Assembly: GCF_036365525.1 (NCBI RefSeq)
Contig: NC_090384.1
Location: 34,047,966-34,111,965 of the forward strand
Length of the DNA stretch: 64,000 bases
Source: Heterodontus francisci
Taxonomy: Eukaryota
Direction: 5' to 3'
Each line of letters opens with the position of its first letter. Position 1 is the first letter of the stretch. Shown piece by piece: positions 11,056-24,425 of the stretch. A model generated the notes under the pieces. That model did no database searches, was not told the DNA's origin, and was given only the letters and a program-made list of their open reading frames with translations. A program made the translations under genes and the position numbers.

Positions 11056-13789
11056 TATGCTCACCTCACTATAGATCCATCACTGTGTGACTGAGTGGCC
11101 CCATGACAGGCTTATACCTATCACTGTATAATAGCTGACTGTTTGTGTGTGTTGAGGGGGAAAACGCAGGGGAGAAGGAGCTAAAAAAGGGTTGACAGCT
11201 GCAGTCCAATGTTATTACCAAGGGATATGAGCCAGCACAGGAGCTCTTTGAATGAATGTCATTCAGCATTCGTGAAAGGCAGCGTTAAAGGGCTGCGGTA
11301 CTTAGGAAACTCAGACCACACAGGATATCCTCTTCCTTGACATATTGGCTAAATGTTTTGAAGGAGAAATGACAACTTTCTCAAAAGCCCCATTATAAAA
11401 TACTGAAATGTAATTACTTGTGGGAAGTGAGATTAGTGCAGTCATCACCCGTATTTATACTTCACAGGAAAGTTGCTCAATAAAACATAAAAAGAAATAT
11501 ATATATATATATTTTTTAAATAGTATGCAAAGCTGTTTAGATATTTTAAAACCCTGCAACTGAAGTATACTCGAGACTGACAGCACAAAGTAGAAGCTTT
11601 TACAAAGTCATTATCATGTGACAGTGGTTTAAGCCCCTGAGGATGCAATCACAAGTAACAGTTGATGCAGCACATAGATGAGAACTAGCTGAGTAAATCT
11701 GACACAATCACAAACATACACAGGCCTCAATAGTAACGGGGAGCCAGGAAGGCTGCAGGGAGAGGCCCACAGCTCTGACCTCCCCCTCACTTACTGTGAA
11801 ATTTAAGTTGTGTCAATGATGTCATCAGCCCATGACTTTGGTATGTTCACTCAGCCCGCTTTGCAGGAATCTCATCCGCGGCCTGATTCCTGCATTTAAA
11901 ATTTAAAGGGGTGGGAATGGGGTCAGGTTGCCCAATCCTGATATTTTAGCCTGCCTGTTGGGAGGCGACTTCATTAAAAATCAAAGCCTTGGAACCAGAT
12001 TCAAGGCAAATGCAAAGCCAGTCTTATTCTGGACCATACAGCTAGATTAACTGTTGAACTTGCAGGCAAAAGACTTTGTGCCATGGTTGTGATACTATGG
12101 CATATCAAGTTCTCAGCGGCTTAATTACCTTGCACACCTCGATTAGAGCATGTCCAACACTCCACAATGACGCGCAGTATGATCTCTCTCTCATGCCAAT
12201 CCCTCGCCCTCCTCACATATACATATATATTACAACACAGCCATAGTGCCATAAATTTCATAATGATAGGGGTAATGTATCGATGTAAATACCCTAGAGG
12301 AAGCCAGGAAATAGTTTGCGAATGAAGGATTAGACTTGGATCAAATCTTGTTATGTGACACGAAATGAAATCTGCAAAGACATGGCAAGCGTATTCATTA
12401 AAAGAATAACATTAAACCCTATGGTTAACTGGCAATTAGAGCCACTGTCCAGCATGGGAATGAGTTAGTATTTTTCCCTCTCGCTCTAACACAAGCTCCA
12501 AGAGAAGCTTCGACATTGAAGTCTTTGGCCCTAAGCTCTCAATTCACTTCCCAAAAAAAAAGTTGCAACCCAAATTGTGGATGACATAATAATGTAATAG
12601 TTTCAGGAGACATAACTTAGCAACCAAGCGTCTAGAGCTGACAGAGCTCCAAGCAATTCAGTCATTCTTTTTAATTAGGTAAATACAGGAATGTTACAGA
12701 CAAAGATTACTACTTGTTGAAAATGGCTTAGCAGTACAAACCATCTCACACAGCCAATAGAGTCAGCCCCCGCTGTCTTAACATTAAAACTTGTTCCTGT
12801 TGTCAATACGGGTAACCTTGTCAGCTGTTGGTCACATAAGTCAATATTTGCACTCATCGAAGGGAGGGACGTCAATGTTGGGGAATGAAACCCTTGTTTC
12901 ACTGTTGGCACCGTGTCAGCATCAGGCAAGCCAGGAATAATGAACAAAATCAGGATAAAGTTCCATATATTGTGCCCCTTAAATGACAATCTCAGAACAG
13001 TGCTACACCTCTTATTAAAATCCATTTCGCACACCTGCCAAACCCAGGGCCTCTTGGAGTAAGACTCAGAGTCTATTCGGAATTACGGGTAGTTTTGTGT
13101 TGTGACAACATACCGACATGGAATAGAAAAAAAAAATACTGCCATAAGACGTCCCAAATGCGCTTTACAGCCAATTAAGTACTTTTGAAGTGTAGTCACT
13201 GTTGTAATGTAGGAAATGCAGCAGTCAATTTGCACCCAAGGTCCCACAAACAGCAATGTGATAATGACCTTTCACTTCATTTTTGATTGGCACATAGCTT
13301 CAGCCAATCCTCTCTCCTTCCTTTGGGAGAGGCTGAAATATTTAAAATTAATTTTGAAGCTTTAGAAAGGCAGAAACAATACGTGCCCCCACATGCACTC
13401 ACTTACCTTTAAGTGTAAATATTTCTTTAAATTTGAGTTGCTGGACAGATTTTGCGCATCCCCATTAGGCTAGATGCTGATGCAAGGGCAAGGTTGTGCT
13501 GGGAGTTCATGCTAATTATGTAAATGAGCTAACCCTGCAAAATTCAGCAGTTAGCTCAGTGAACTGTGGGCGAGCTTGGGTCAGGCAGCTAATCATACAT
13601 GGCACAGATTTTGACAGTCATACAAAAATGAGGCTGTTATTTCCTCCCTTTCTGTAGGTTTCCAGATGCTATGTTTTGTTTGTCCAATCAGGCCAATTGC
13701 AAGATCTCTCTCATTGGTTGCTGAATGCAATCGAGAGGTCCAGGGTGATCCACTTCATGATACCGTCTTTACACAGCAAGCACTGAACC

Positions 13790-14460
13790 TCTGCAGTTTT
13801 GATACAGTTGTTCACATCATCCTCCTCCAATGTGTAGCTCAGTAGAACTGTCCCCTCGCTTAGGCGTCTCTTCCTAGCCAATCATAATCACAGCATCTCC
13901 AGCAATGGTTTCTTTTTCCTTCCCTGCACAATCACCCCAAGACCGCCCAAAGATCTATCCTTGGCCATCTCCTCTTCCTCACGCTACCCCTTGATGACAC
14001 TATCAGCAGACGTGGGGTCAACTACTGTACATGCTGATTAACATCCAGCTCCATCTCTCTCAGCCACTCCACAGCCTCCCCCTCCAAAGCCACTCCACTC
14101 TCTACCTCTGCCCATGTGATGCAAAAGCCCTCTTCTGTCCATTGTCACCTCCAGTTTCAACTACTCCAATGTTCTCCAGGCTGGCCTCTCACTCTCCAAC
14201 CTCAGTAAACTTCAGCTCATCCAAACCCGTTGTCCATATGCTACCAAGTCCTGATCACTTGTTATCCTTATCCTTGCTGCCTGTTGTTTTATTGTACATC
14301 TACCCTTCCCTTTACCCTATCATTGCTGGCCATGTCTTCAGGCTCCTAGGTCCCACAATCTGGAATACTCTCCCTAAACCCTTCCTTCTCCCTCTCCTCC
14401 TTTAAGACCCTCCTTAAAACCCTTCCCCTTCTTTGGCTCAGTGTCGTTATTCTACCTTAA
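13790..14460 (+). mobile_element. L2 LINE, highly decayed
   Basis: Remnants of AFDTVVHIILL, HADDIQLHLS and VTSSFNYSNVL; L2-type 3' region. Confidence 0.7.
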
Positions 14461-15429
14461 AGGCAACAAGTTGCTTAACACCTCCCTCAAGGAACAGCTG
14501 AGATTGCAAGCTCACTATTGGGGAAAGGTGGTGGACAGCATTTGTGGCTCACAGCATTTACACTTCTTACGACTGCTGGACTACACCATATAACTAACAA
14601 AAACTTGGCACTAAATTAGCAATTCACTCAGACAGGCCACAAAAATGCCTGGTGTGTTAAATAGAAACATTTGTTTAGGGTGTGCTTTCTTGAGGTTGGG
14701 GTTCACATATAGTGTTGGACTTTATGCCACATCAGACCTAACATTATTTAGTACTGGGTGACAAACGTGGACACATATAATGATAACTTTTAACGGGACA
14801 CATGAATTCACCAGAAATGAAGGGAAGCAGTGTATATTCCTTTCGAAACACAGTGGTCTTTATTGTGAACTATTTTCAAATACGGAATTGGTAGAAATAA
14901 AAATGGCATTAATATTCGATTAATCTTTTAGAAAGGGGTTCTGCTGCTGTAAGGAGATTTTCTCTAATTCCACTAAAAATGCTCTAGTACTTCTTTAATA
15001 TTTTAAAAATATTATAATGGTGCATAATTATTATTTATGCAAGTATAAATAATGTCTGCAGACAGAAGCTGATATACTGCACTTTCTGTCTGGTACATTA
15101 CATCACCACTTTAACATTTATGCATGGCAGTTTCATTTGCAGTATATTTAAAAAAAAACAAATCTCAAAGATACACAGGATGGGAGAGATGGATCTCTTT
15201 AAATAATAAAAATCATGTGCACAACCCTTAATATTTGAGTCATTGCTGTTCAACAGGATTTCTTGTAATTTGAGAGGCTCCCCTCCAAACAAAAAGGTGT
15301 TTGAGAGGGGCAAGCCTATCTTTAAAATGGATTTGGGAAGGGGACACATGCTGTAACGTGTGCACAAATAAATGCTTCCCATTCACACTTATATCAGTGG
15401 AACTGTATATCTGCATTTTTATACAATGA

Positions 15430-15790
15430 GCACAAGAAAATTAGGAAGAGGAATAGGCCATTTAGTCCCTCCGGCCTGTTCTGCCACTCAATTAGATCAG
15501 AGTTGACTTGTACCTCAACTCCATTTTTTCACCTTTACTCCATACTCCTTGATACCCTCACTCAACGAAAATCTATTTCAATCTTGAATACTCCAACTGT
15601 CCTAGCAATCACCGTCTTTTGAGGTAGTGTTCCAGATATCAACTGCCCTCTGTGCGAATAAATGTTTCCTAATTTCGCTCCTGAATGTCCTAACCTAATA
15701 ACTTTAAGATTATACCTCCTTGTCCTTGATTTCTCCCACCAGAAGAAACAGTTTCTCCATATTTACCCTATGGAATCCCTTAATCATTTT
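15430..15790 (-). mobile_element. CR1 LINE 3' fragment
   Basis: gaaaattaggaagaggaataggccattt... tail complement and CR1 3' region motifs. Confidence 0.7.
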
Positions 15791-15879
15791 GACCAGGTAT
15801 TTCATGCCAAAACCATTACAAACAATTGGCTCACTGAGATGCTAATAATGAACAATGATAAAACTGGACAGTCCTAAGA

Positions 15880-16380
15880 ACAAGTTAAGCCACATAGACC
15901 AGCAGATCCCAGATGGATTTCTAATCAATGCTGAAATGAATGATTAAGTTAGGAAGGCAAAAGAAGAGCTTGCATTTATATAGTGCCTTTCACAACCTCA
16001 GGATATCCCAAAGTACTCTGCAGAGCAATTAAGTACTTTTGAAGAGTAGCCACTGTTGTAATATAGGGAAGAACATGAATAGGGTATGCACTCCTGTTCG
16101 TTATCCAGCGATACTTTTTGGACATTTGCATGGGAGGATGCTAGGTAAAAACAGGACTGGTTTGGCTGTGACGTTGCACTCTGTCTCTCCACCCCACAGC
16201 ACCCTGCCCCCTCCCCCCCCCCCCCACCACTGCCCCCGTGGCTAAATAGCCTGCGACTACTCACCATCAAGGTCCACACGTATATAATGAACACTTGGAC
16301 AAGATACTGGAAGGGAACCATGCCTTTGGAAGAAGTCAACACTTCCAGCAAAGAAGGGAGAAGAGAAGAGAGGAAAAAAA
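15880..16380 (+). mobile_element. LF-SINE-like copy, interrupted by a SINE tail (15960-16070, minus)
   Basis: ctcctgttcgttatccagcga...caggactggtttggctgtgac...aatagcctgcgactactcac...gagtcaacacttccag, as in the recalled LF-SINE consensus. Confidence 0.65.
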
Positions 16381-16649
16381 ATCAAGAAGGGATAAATGTT
16401 GAGATGGCTGCTGCATGATGCTCATGCTCAGACTTGAAAGCCTAGCACTCAACATAGGTGTTTAGTCAGTTTCCAATTTTTGAAAGGGTCATTCTCATTA
16501 CTTCAGTTATGGGCACGTCTATACACTCAAGGAATACTGGCCAGTCCTTCCCGGAACATGGCCCCTGTGTTCCCTACACTCGGAGTAAGCTTGGGATTTA
16601 CTGAGGCTTTAGCCCAATGCTATAAAACCAAAAGCTATGCTTTCCTTTT

Positions 16650-17010
16650 TCTCCCCCAGTGTTCCCCTCCTTCCTCCCATTCCCTCTTGACTTGAAGGTG
16701 TTGACTCCTTGCTGATTCCGTGCGTGCCAGTTTTCTGTGACCTCACCCAAGTAGCCATTATTATGCAAGGACGAGGATGAACCTCGTCAGTCGATTAAAC
16801 CATGGAAAGTATGCTAAGCACAAAAGCATCCTCATCGACATCCAGGCACATGCACTTCTAGCAGGGCTCACTGGATAACCTTCAGAAGCAGCAAACCTGT
16901 CCAATTTTCCTTTTGTAAACCCAGGGACACCGCGGGGAATTATATCTTCCACTGGCCCAGGTGAGACCAGCTAACATAGCAATGATTGAGGAACAAACCT
17001 GGGCCCTCCC
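16650..17010 (-). mobile_element. LF-SINE-like copy, near full length
   Basis: gaaggtgttgactccttgctg...ctcacccaagtagccatt...cacttctagcagggctcactggata...gagaccagctaac, the reverse complement of the LF-SINE motif order. Confidence 0.7.
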
Positions 17011-17429
17011 CTCAGTGTCACCTCCCCCACTGTCTGCTATCTCCCTCCAACTCCAATTTTCTCCCTCCCCCTCAGGCGCTGACTGTGACTGGACTTTTGT
17101 TCATAAGTACCAGCAGTTCTTCTGTGTCTTCCCCTTCAAATGACTATTTTGTATCTGTCACCTGGGCAATGAGGTCCCCAGGGTTTTCTCACATGGGACC
17201 TCACAATCATTCTCATTTCTGTTCTTATCTTATTTTCACATGTGTATCTTCTAGTAGGAGTCATTAGATTGGAATTGGGAGAAGGAGCCCCTGCCTAATT
17301 GAGGAGTATTGAGGCCAACTGCAGAGCCTTTCCGATTGCCTAGCTATGGTCAAAAGCATCAACACAGACTGCTGGGATCAAGCTCAGGGCCAGCAAGCTT
17401 ACTTCTATAAGGCACTATATAGAAATGAG

Positions 17430-17995
17430 TCATAAGATCAGGAGGAGGTTGTTCAGATCCGCGAGCCTGCTCCACCATTCAAAATGGCCGTTCAGTACCT
17501 CAACTCCAGTTGGCCACCCTGGCTCCATAACCCTGAATAGCCTTACATAACAAATCTATCCATCTCAGTTTTGAAATTCTCAATTGATCTAGCCACAACA
17601 GCTTTTTGCGGGAGGACTGTTCTAGATTTCCACTGCCCTTTGTGTGAAGAAGTGCTTTCTGACATTACCCCTGAATGACCAAGCTCTAATTTTAGAACTT
17701 GCTCTGGATTCTCCCACCAGAATAAATAGTTTCTCTCTATCGCCCCTATCAAATCCTTTGATCATCTCAATTATATCACCCCTTCATCTTCTATACTCGA
17801 GGAAATACAATCCTAGTCTGTGCAACCCGTCCTCATAATTTAACCGTATTAGCCCCGGTAAACTTTGGGTATAGCTGCGCTATACATTCTCCTCTTCCTG
17901 AGGTGTGAGTCGCAGAACTAAACGCAGTGCTCCAGATGTGGTCTAACCAGAGATTTATACAACTTTAGCACAACTGCCACCCCTTTGTATTCCTC
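17430..17995 (-). mobile_element. CR1 LINE 3' fragment
   Basis: Tail complement cataagatcaggaggagg; KAVVARSIENFKTEMDRF. Confidence 0.8.
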
Positions 17996-18019
17996 AGCCA
18001 TTTTCTGTTTTTTTAAAAT

Positions 18020-19070
18020 TAATTTGCATGGGATGTGGATGTTACTGGCTAGGACATCAATTGCTGCTCATCCCTAATTGCCCTTGAGAAGGTAGGGGTG
18101 AGATGCCTTCTTGAACCACTGCAATCCATCTGGCGCAGGTACGCCCACAGTGATGTCAGGGAGGGAGTTCCAGGAGTGTGATCTAGCGACAGTGAAGGAA
18201 CGGTGATATATTTCCAAGTCATCAAGTGTATGGCTTGCAGGGGAACTTGCAGATGATGGTGTTTCCACACATCTGCTGCCCTTGTCCTTCTAGGTGGAAG
18301 AGGTTGCAGGTTTAGAAGGTGCTGTCAAAGGAAGCGTGGTGAGTTTCTGCAGTGCATCTTATATACAGTACACACTGCTGCCACTGTGTGTCGGTGGTGG
18401 AGTGAGTGAATGTTTAATATGGTGGATGGATTGCCAATCAAGTGGGCTGCTTTAACCTGGATGGCGTTGAGATTCCTGAGTGTTGTTGGAGCTGCATCCA
18501 TCCAGGCAAGTGCAGAGTATTCCATCACACTCCTAACTTGTGCCTTGTAGATGGTAGACAGGCACTGGGGAGACAGAAGGTGAGTTACTTACTGCACAAT
18601 TCCCAGCCTCTGACCTGCTCTTGTAGCCACAGCATTTACGTGGCTGGCCCAGTTCAGTTTCTGGTCATTGGTGACCCCAGGATGTTGATAGTGGGGGAAT
18701 TCAGCAATGGTAATGCCATTGAACATCCCCACTTCTGACCTTATGATGGACAGAAGGTCATTGATGAAGCAGCTGAAGATGGTCGGGCCGAGGACACTAC
18801 CCTGAGAAACTCCTGCGGTGATGTCCTGGGGATGAGATGATTGGCCTCCGACAACTATAACCATCTTCCTTTGTTTCTAGGTATAACTCCAACCGGTGGA
18901 GAGGTTTCTGCCTGATTCCCATTGACTTCAATTTGGTTAGGGTTCCTTGATACCACACTCGGTCAGATGCTGTATTGATATCAAGGGCATTCACTCTCAC
19001 CTCACCTCTTGAATTCAGCTTTTTTGTCCATGTTTGGACCAAGGTTGTTATGAGGTCAGCAGCGAGTGGC
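18020..19070 (-). mobile_element. CR1-superclade LINE, family B, 5'-truncated
   Basis: GEVRVNALDINTASDRVWYQG, AGVSQGSVLGPTIFSCFINDL, MEYSALAW; family-B tail gcccttgagaaggt. Confidence 0.9.
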
Positions 19071-19439
19071 TCTGGTGGAACTCGGGCAATTCCTTTGCCT
19101 GCTAGACCATTGGATGAGCTACCTCCGTACATCTCCAATGATTTTAACACCGTGTTTCAAGCAAATATGTAAAAGTTTAAACAGCCTAATAGCTTTCTGT
19201 GAGAGAACATTCCCCATGCAGAAAGTTGCCGTCCGGTTACTGTACTATAATTCATGGACAGCTGGGAAGTTCAGTATTGAGTTAGATGTCACAAGGGAGC
19301 AGTTGAATGTCGTGGAGATTTTGACAGCCTTGCTTGGTTTTGTTTGTCCTGGGAGCTTTACCATACATTTACACTGCAATGGCCGTATCTGTGCAAAGTG
19401 AAATTGTTTCACAGCAATTCTGCTACTGTAGTCCACCTG

Positions 19440-20105
19440 CACCCTTAATCTATCTTGGGGTGAGATCTTAAACTGAGGCCCCATCAGCTCTGTCAGGTGC
19501 ACGTAAAAGATCCCATGGCAATATCTGAGGAAAGTGAGATTTTTAAAATATATTTCATGGGATTTGGGCATCAGTGGCAGGCCAGCATTTGTTGCCCATC
19601 CCTAATTGTCCTTGAACTGAGTGGCTTGCTAGGCCATCTCAGAGGGTGTTTAAGAGTCAACCACATTGCTATGGGTCTGGAGTCACATGTAGGCCAGAGC
19701 AGGTAAGGACAGCAGATTTCCTTTCCTAAAGAACATTCGTGAATCAAATGGATTTTTACGACAATCAATGACAGTTTCATGGCATCATGACAGAAAGGAG
19801 CTTTCAATTCCAGATTGTTATTAATTAATTGCATTTATTACTTAATTGTATTTAAATTCCACCAGCTGCCTTGGGGCCTCTGGATTATTAGTCCAGTGAC
19901 ATTACCACTACGCCACCATCTCCGCTATTATCTCCTGTGTCCTGGTCAACATTTACCTCTCAACCAACACCTAAGAGGGAATATGTGGTCATTATCACAT
20001 TGCTATTTACATCTGACTACACTTCAAAAGTACTTAATTGGCTGTAAAGTGCTTTAGGATGTCCTGAGGTTGTGAAAGGCGCTATATAAATGCAAGTCTT
20101 TTTTT
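19440..20105 (+). mobile_element. Deu-domain SINE, split by a minus-strand LINE-tail-like insert (~19545-19920)
   Basis: aaactgaggccccatcagctctgtcaggtgcacgtaaaagatcccatggca ... resumes at tgtcctggtcaacatttacctctcaacc ... gcgctatataaatgcaagtc. Confidence 0.75.
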
Positions 20106-20227
20106 TGAAAAAAATGTGCCTTTTGGTTGAAAATTATTTACTGAATGCTTTTTCATTGCGCACCTTTAACAAGTATCAGTGCCTTGCAGACCTGAAAACA
20201 AATGGCTGCCTTCAAAGCTCTTTATTA

Positions 20228-20610
20228 ACAACAATTTGCATTTGTTTAGCACCTTTAAGGTGGTAAAACATTCAAATATGCTTCACAGGAATGTAATCAG
20301 AAAATAATTAACACTGAGTCACATAAGGAGATATTAAGATAGGTGACCAGAAACTTGGTTTTAAGGAGTGACTTAATGGAAGAGTGAGGTGGAGACACAA
20401 AGAGATTCAGGGAGGGAATTCCACAGCTTAGGTTCTATTTAGCTGCAGGCATAGCTGCCAATGGTGAAGCAAAAGGAGTGGGGGATGCACGAGACCAGAG
20501 TTGGAGGAGTGCAGAGATCTCGAAGAGATGTCAGGCTGAAGCAGGTTATAGAGATAGGGACGGGTCAGATCATGGAGAGATCTGAACACCAGGATGAGAA
20601 CTTTAAAATT
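20228..20610 (-). mobile_element. L2 LINE 3' end
   Basis: aacaacaatttgcatttgtttagcacctttaa...gcttcacagg...gagggaattcc. Confidence 0.75.
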
Positions 20611-21252
20611 CTCCCAGACGCTGGTAGTAAGGAGACTGGTTGGACCTGGAGGAATGCAGCCAGCAAATGCTCCCAGTGATGGGAATGTTGCGGTCGCAGC
20701 CTCCAGGCACAGCAGGCAACCATGGTCTCCCAGTCACGGCTCACAACTCATTCCTCAACTGTGGACATGATGGTGAATGAAAAGAGCCTAGGAGTGTGCA
20801 CAGGAACAAATAACACTGCCCTTCGAGATGCCAGCTTGTTGAGTGTGGTTGTTGATGCTGCTGAATAGATCAAGAGGGGTTATGTAGAGCGGGGGCCAGG
20901 GGATGCAGGGGGGAAGGAGAGATGTTTTTGGCACTTAGTGCCCCAGGAATTCTTAATGTAGCTTTGCTCAAAAGTTTACTTATGTCCAGGATGAGAGGAT
21001 GGCTGTCTGAATTTAATCCAATCTCAGGGTTCAGCTGCTGAGCATAATCTGCACAGGTGACAATAACTGCATTCACAGCTGAATGGTTCTCTTAGAATTC
21101 AAGCAGACTCTATACTACAACTGTTCTCTATGCAATGCACATTTTAATTTTAAAACTATTCTACATGCGGCTGACTGGGGATATGAAAAATTTGTTGCCG
21201 GCTGCCAGATCAGGTATATTTGGGGTGTTATGTCAGCTTGTTTTGCACTCAC

Positions 21253-21370
21253 TAAGTTCCCAGTATGATTGCGAAGGTTGGAAATCAGAAATAACAGACT
21301 GAGTGATGACAGCAATGAGGGGAACAGCTGGATTGCTTTGCTTGTTGTTATCTGTTGTGCTAATCAGAAG
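21253..21370 (-). other. Candidate 118-nt exon, probably untranslated, of an unidentified host gene
   Basis: Minus-strand acceptor ttatttttcttttactgcag and donor TTA|GTGAGT, in non-repetitive sequence downstream of a promoter-like island. Confidence 0.4.
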
Positions 21371-22549
21371 CTGCAGTAAAAGAAAAATAACCGAGGCTGC
21401 TGGTTTCAACAGAAAAATTGATGGAATCATCGGATGCCAAGGTAATAAAAACCAGTACCCTCTTCCATCCTTGGAAACAAGCAACCTATTTATTTACTAT
21501 AGACCAGCCTACCTGGTTACCTTTTTCGATAGAAAAACAGAGGTGGAATAGGGGAGAACCTCATGTAATAATTATTTTCACTTATTCAGCCACTACAAAC
21601 CAGTGGCCTTGGAAGTCCCGACATCACGAGAGACGTGCTTAACAAGCAACGCAATTACTAACGTCTATGCAATATAATTGCACAGGTCTTTAGCATGCCA
21701 ATGATTTGGCTAACACTTCTTTCCCCTTGAAGACACTGCCCTTTTAATAAACATAAGGGAGCTTTTTTATATTTGCGAGCATTGAGAGGCGGTTACTTAT
21801 CCAACCTAATCCCTTTTGAAATAACAAGCGACATATTAAAGGCGATTAAAGGATTAGATAAATCAAAGTCTTCAGAAAATTAGACAAAGCTTTAAACTAT
21901 GCATTTTGCAAAATGCAGACCGTCGAGTTACCAGAACGGCTCTTTATTCCACCCTCTAAATCAAATGCGCAATACAATCATTAAATTCAAGGTATCGTTT
22001 GCAAACCAGGTATTACCACATGCATGTAAACAGAGAAGCGAAGGAGTTCAATGCGTCCGTGCAATCAAGAGGGAGAGGGTCCTTTTCAAATGAAATCTCA
22101 TCCCCTCTGCACCAATTTAACATCCGTATCCCACAACCAGGTCAATTCTGGGCGTCACTTGACAGCATTGTGTGCAGCAACCGATTAGACAGATCTTTAA
22201 TACATATCTGCAGACAACATGGTCCTCGATTGCACAGTGACAACGTTAGCGCATTACGCTGACATTCACTTTGCCAGCAATGCCAGACACGAATGGTGAT
22301 CTTACAGCCCTTGCACGATCTCTGCCGCCTCTCGTTCTGCAGTCACAGAGGTGGTCAACCCTGCCCACCTTGCAGGATGAGCGGACTGGCATTGCTGTAG
22401 GATGCAGCATCACGCAACATTGCATTGCCCCACTCCAAACGGCAGCCGGACATTGGGTTGCAAAGCACAGATAAGCTGGGGGGTCAGCTGCCCACAGTGA
22501 ATGACCGAGACGGCGAAAGACACATTGCTGGAGAGAGCCCCTTTCATTT

Positions 22550-22950
22550 AAAAAAAACTCACCTCCTTTACTTCCGGGAGCTCCCCTTATTATTTTCCAT
22601 GGACAAGCCTTCTTGCAATTTCACCCGCGCGATCAATGGGAGATGATCCTCGATTTTGCAAAGAAATTAATCATGAAAGAAATATAAAATGAAGTTCTTA
22701 CATTTCAGCCTACCGCAAGCTGCTATTTTGCCGGATTGGCTGGCTGCGAGTTGGCCATTAGGAATAGCAAAACAGAAGGTGCAACATAACCAGGAATGAA
22801 CTGGGGATGAAGTCATTCTTTTTTTAAAAAAAAATACAGGATGGCGTCATTGCCAACCAATCAGGATGAGCCTCTGGTGGCTGGAGTGACGTCAGGCTCT
22901 TCTCCCGAGCCCTGGGTGCAGATTAAAGGGAGATTGTCTGCACCGCACTG
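22550..22950 (-). promoter_or_regulatory. Candidate Pol II promoter and first exon region
   Basis: Full CRE TGACGTCA 22887-22894; CCAAT 22857-22861 and ATTGG 22735-22739; ETS CCGGAAGT (minus) 22570-22577; minus-strand donors GTAAGA at 22701 and GTGAGT at 22562; locally CpG-richer and repeat-free. Confidence 0.5.
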
Positions 22951-24302
22951 TCACAGTCTTAAAGCAGCAGCGTCCCTTTTGTACACTCGTTCTTAAGGCG
23001 CCTTACCGAAGCCAGCATTAAATACCTTCCCTAAATTCCCACAAAATGCATGTTGTTAACATCCAGCTTAAGTATTTGAATAGACTAATTTTACCTTACC
23101 CAGTATTTCGCCCCTCCCCTCCTGACACTACATTGGGGGACGACTTCAAGGGCACCAGCAAAATACGTATTCTTCATGTCTAAGTCTCAGTAAGTCTTCT
23201 GGACTACGGAGGGCATCATAACTAAACCCAATCAAAGCCTTAACCTTTCTGGTCGACATGTAAGTTCATGGTACACCCTCTTGTCAATGCTTGCATTCTC
23301 GTCACACTACCTGAAAGATGTCATTCTCCAGGAAGCATACAAGGAATTAACAAGCCTGTCACCATTTTTATGCTATATGTCCAGAAAATAAGACTAATCT
23401 ACTCAAATTGTTTTGTTTAAAAAAAGCAAAAGGAACCTAATTATGTTGTCATGTTCCCTATCATTCTGTAAACATCCCGATCTTTAAATTAGCACTGTAT
23501 TTATTAAATGTACAGGCTATTTTTGTATTTTTATAGAGACAGCATTTATTTATATATTTATAAATGGGCACTTGCAGGGCATTTTTAAAGCATCAAATGC
23601 TATATAATTTTAAAGGGAAAAGTACAGTACACATTTTATTGTTCCACATTTTAAAGTATTATTTCCTTATTTTACCACATGCTTGCTAGTGCAGTGAAAA
23701 GTGTAGGTGATCTTAGCATCAGTTCTGTGTCACATTCAACAAAGACTCTGTGGAGACTGAGCTGAACAGCTACACTTCCCCAAACAGCTTGTGAATTTGC
23801 CAACTGATGGATCACAAATGCCTAATGCGGGGATCCCCTTGGCTGATATCACCAGAATGCATCATCTCTAGATTTCTAGACAGGAGCCTGTAAAATATAA
23901 AGCCAATATAAAACGTCTTTGGTAGTTTCTCAGTCAATTTTTAAATAAATGTACTTCCTGTGGCCTTATTCGCCTGTCAATGACAGGAACTTTAAACCAC
24001 ATAAAAGGAGGAACTTGTATTTATATACCATGTTATCACACTTCTTAGGAAGGCTCAAAATGCTTTAAATCTAACAAATGACCTTTTGAGATGCAGTCAA
24101 TGTTTTTATGTGGGTAAATGTAATGCACAAGCTCTTACTCTGGGGTACAAGTTGTTCTACCATGGTGTTGCATTTGGGGAGTGAAGACCTAGTGTAGCAC
24201 TGAGGTGAAATAGAGTTAGAAGGTGGGATATAATTGGGCCAGAGTGCAGACACAAGGTTTTCATAAGCGATAGAATGATATATAATATAAATATATATAT
24301 GA

Positions 24303-24425
24303 GTCACAGACCTGAAACATTAACTCTGCTTCTCTCTCCACAGATGCTGCCAGACCTGCTGAGTATTTCCAGCACTTTCTCTTTTTATTTCAGATTTCCA
24401 GCATCCGCAGTATTTTGCTTTTATA
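24303..24425 (+). mobile_element. Single arm of the Penelope-like fold-back element (ribozyme core truncated)
   Basis: gtcacagacctgaaacattaactctgcttctctctccacagatgctgccagacctgctgag...gcagtattttgcttttat, matching 54255-54375. Confidence 0.85.

Noticed and set aside
12675-13034. 119-aa minus-strand ORF as a host coding exon
   Set aside because: No recognisable domain and no convincing splice donor/acceptor pair.
21303-21551. ORF with a signal-peptide-like start (MRGTAGLLCLLLSVVLIRSC) and a possible plus-strand micro-exon MESSDAK|gtaata
   Set aside because: No recognisable family and no downstream exons found. It overlaps the better-bounded minus-strand exon. Not excluded, but unsupported.
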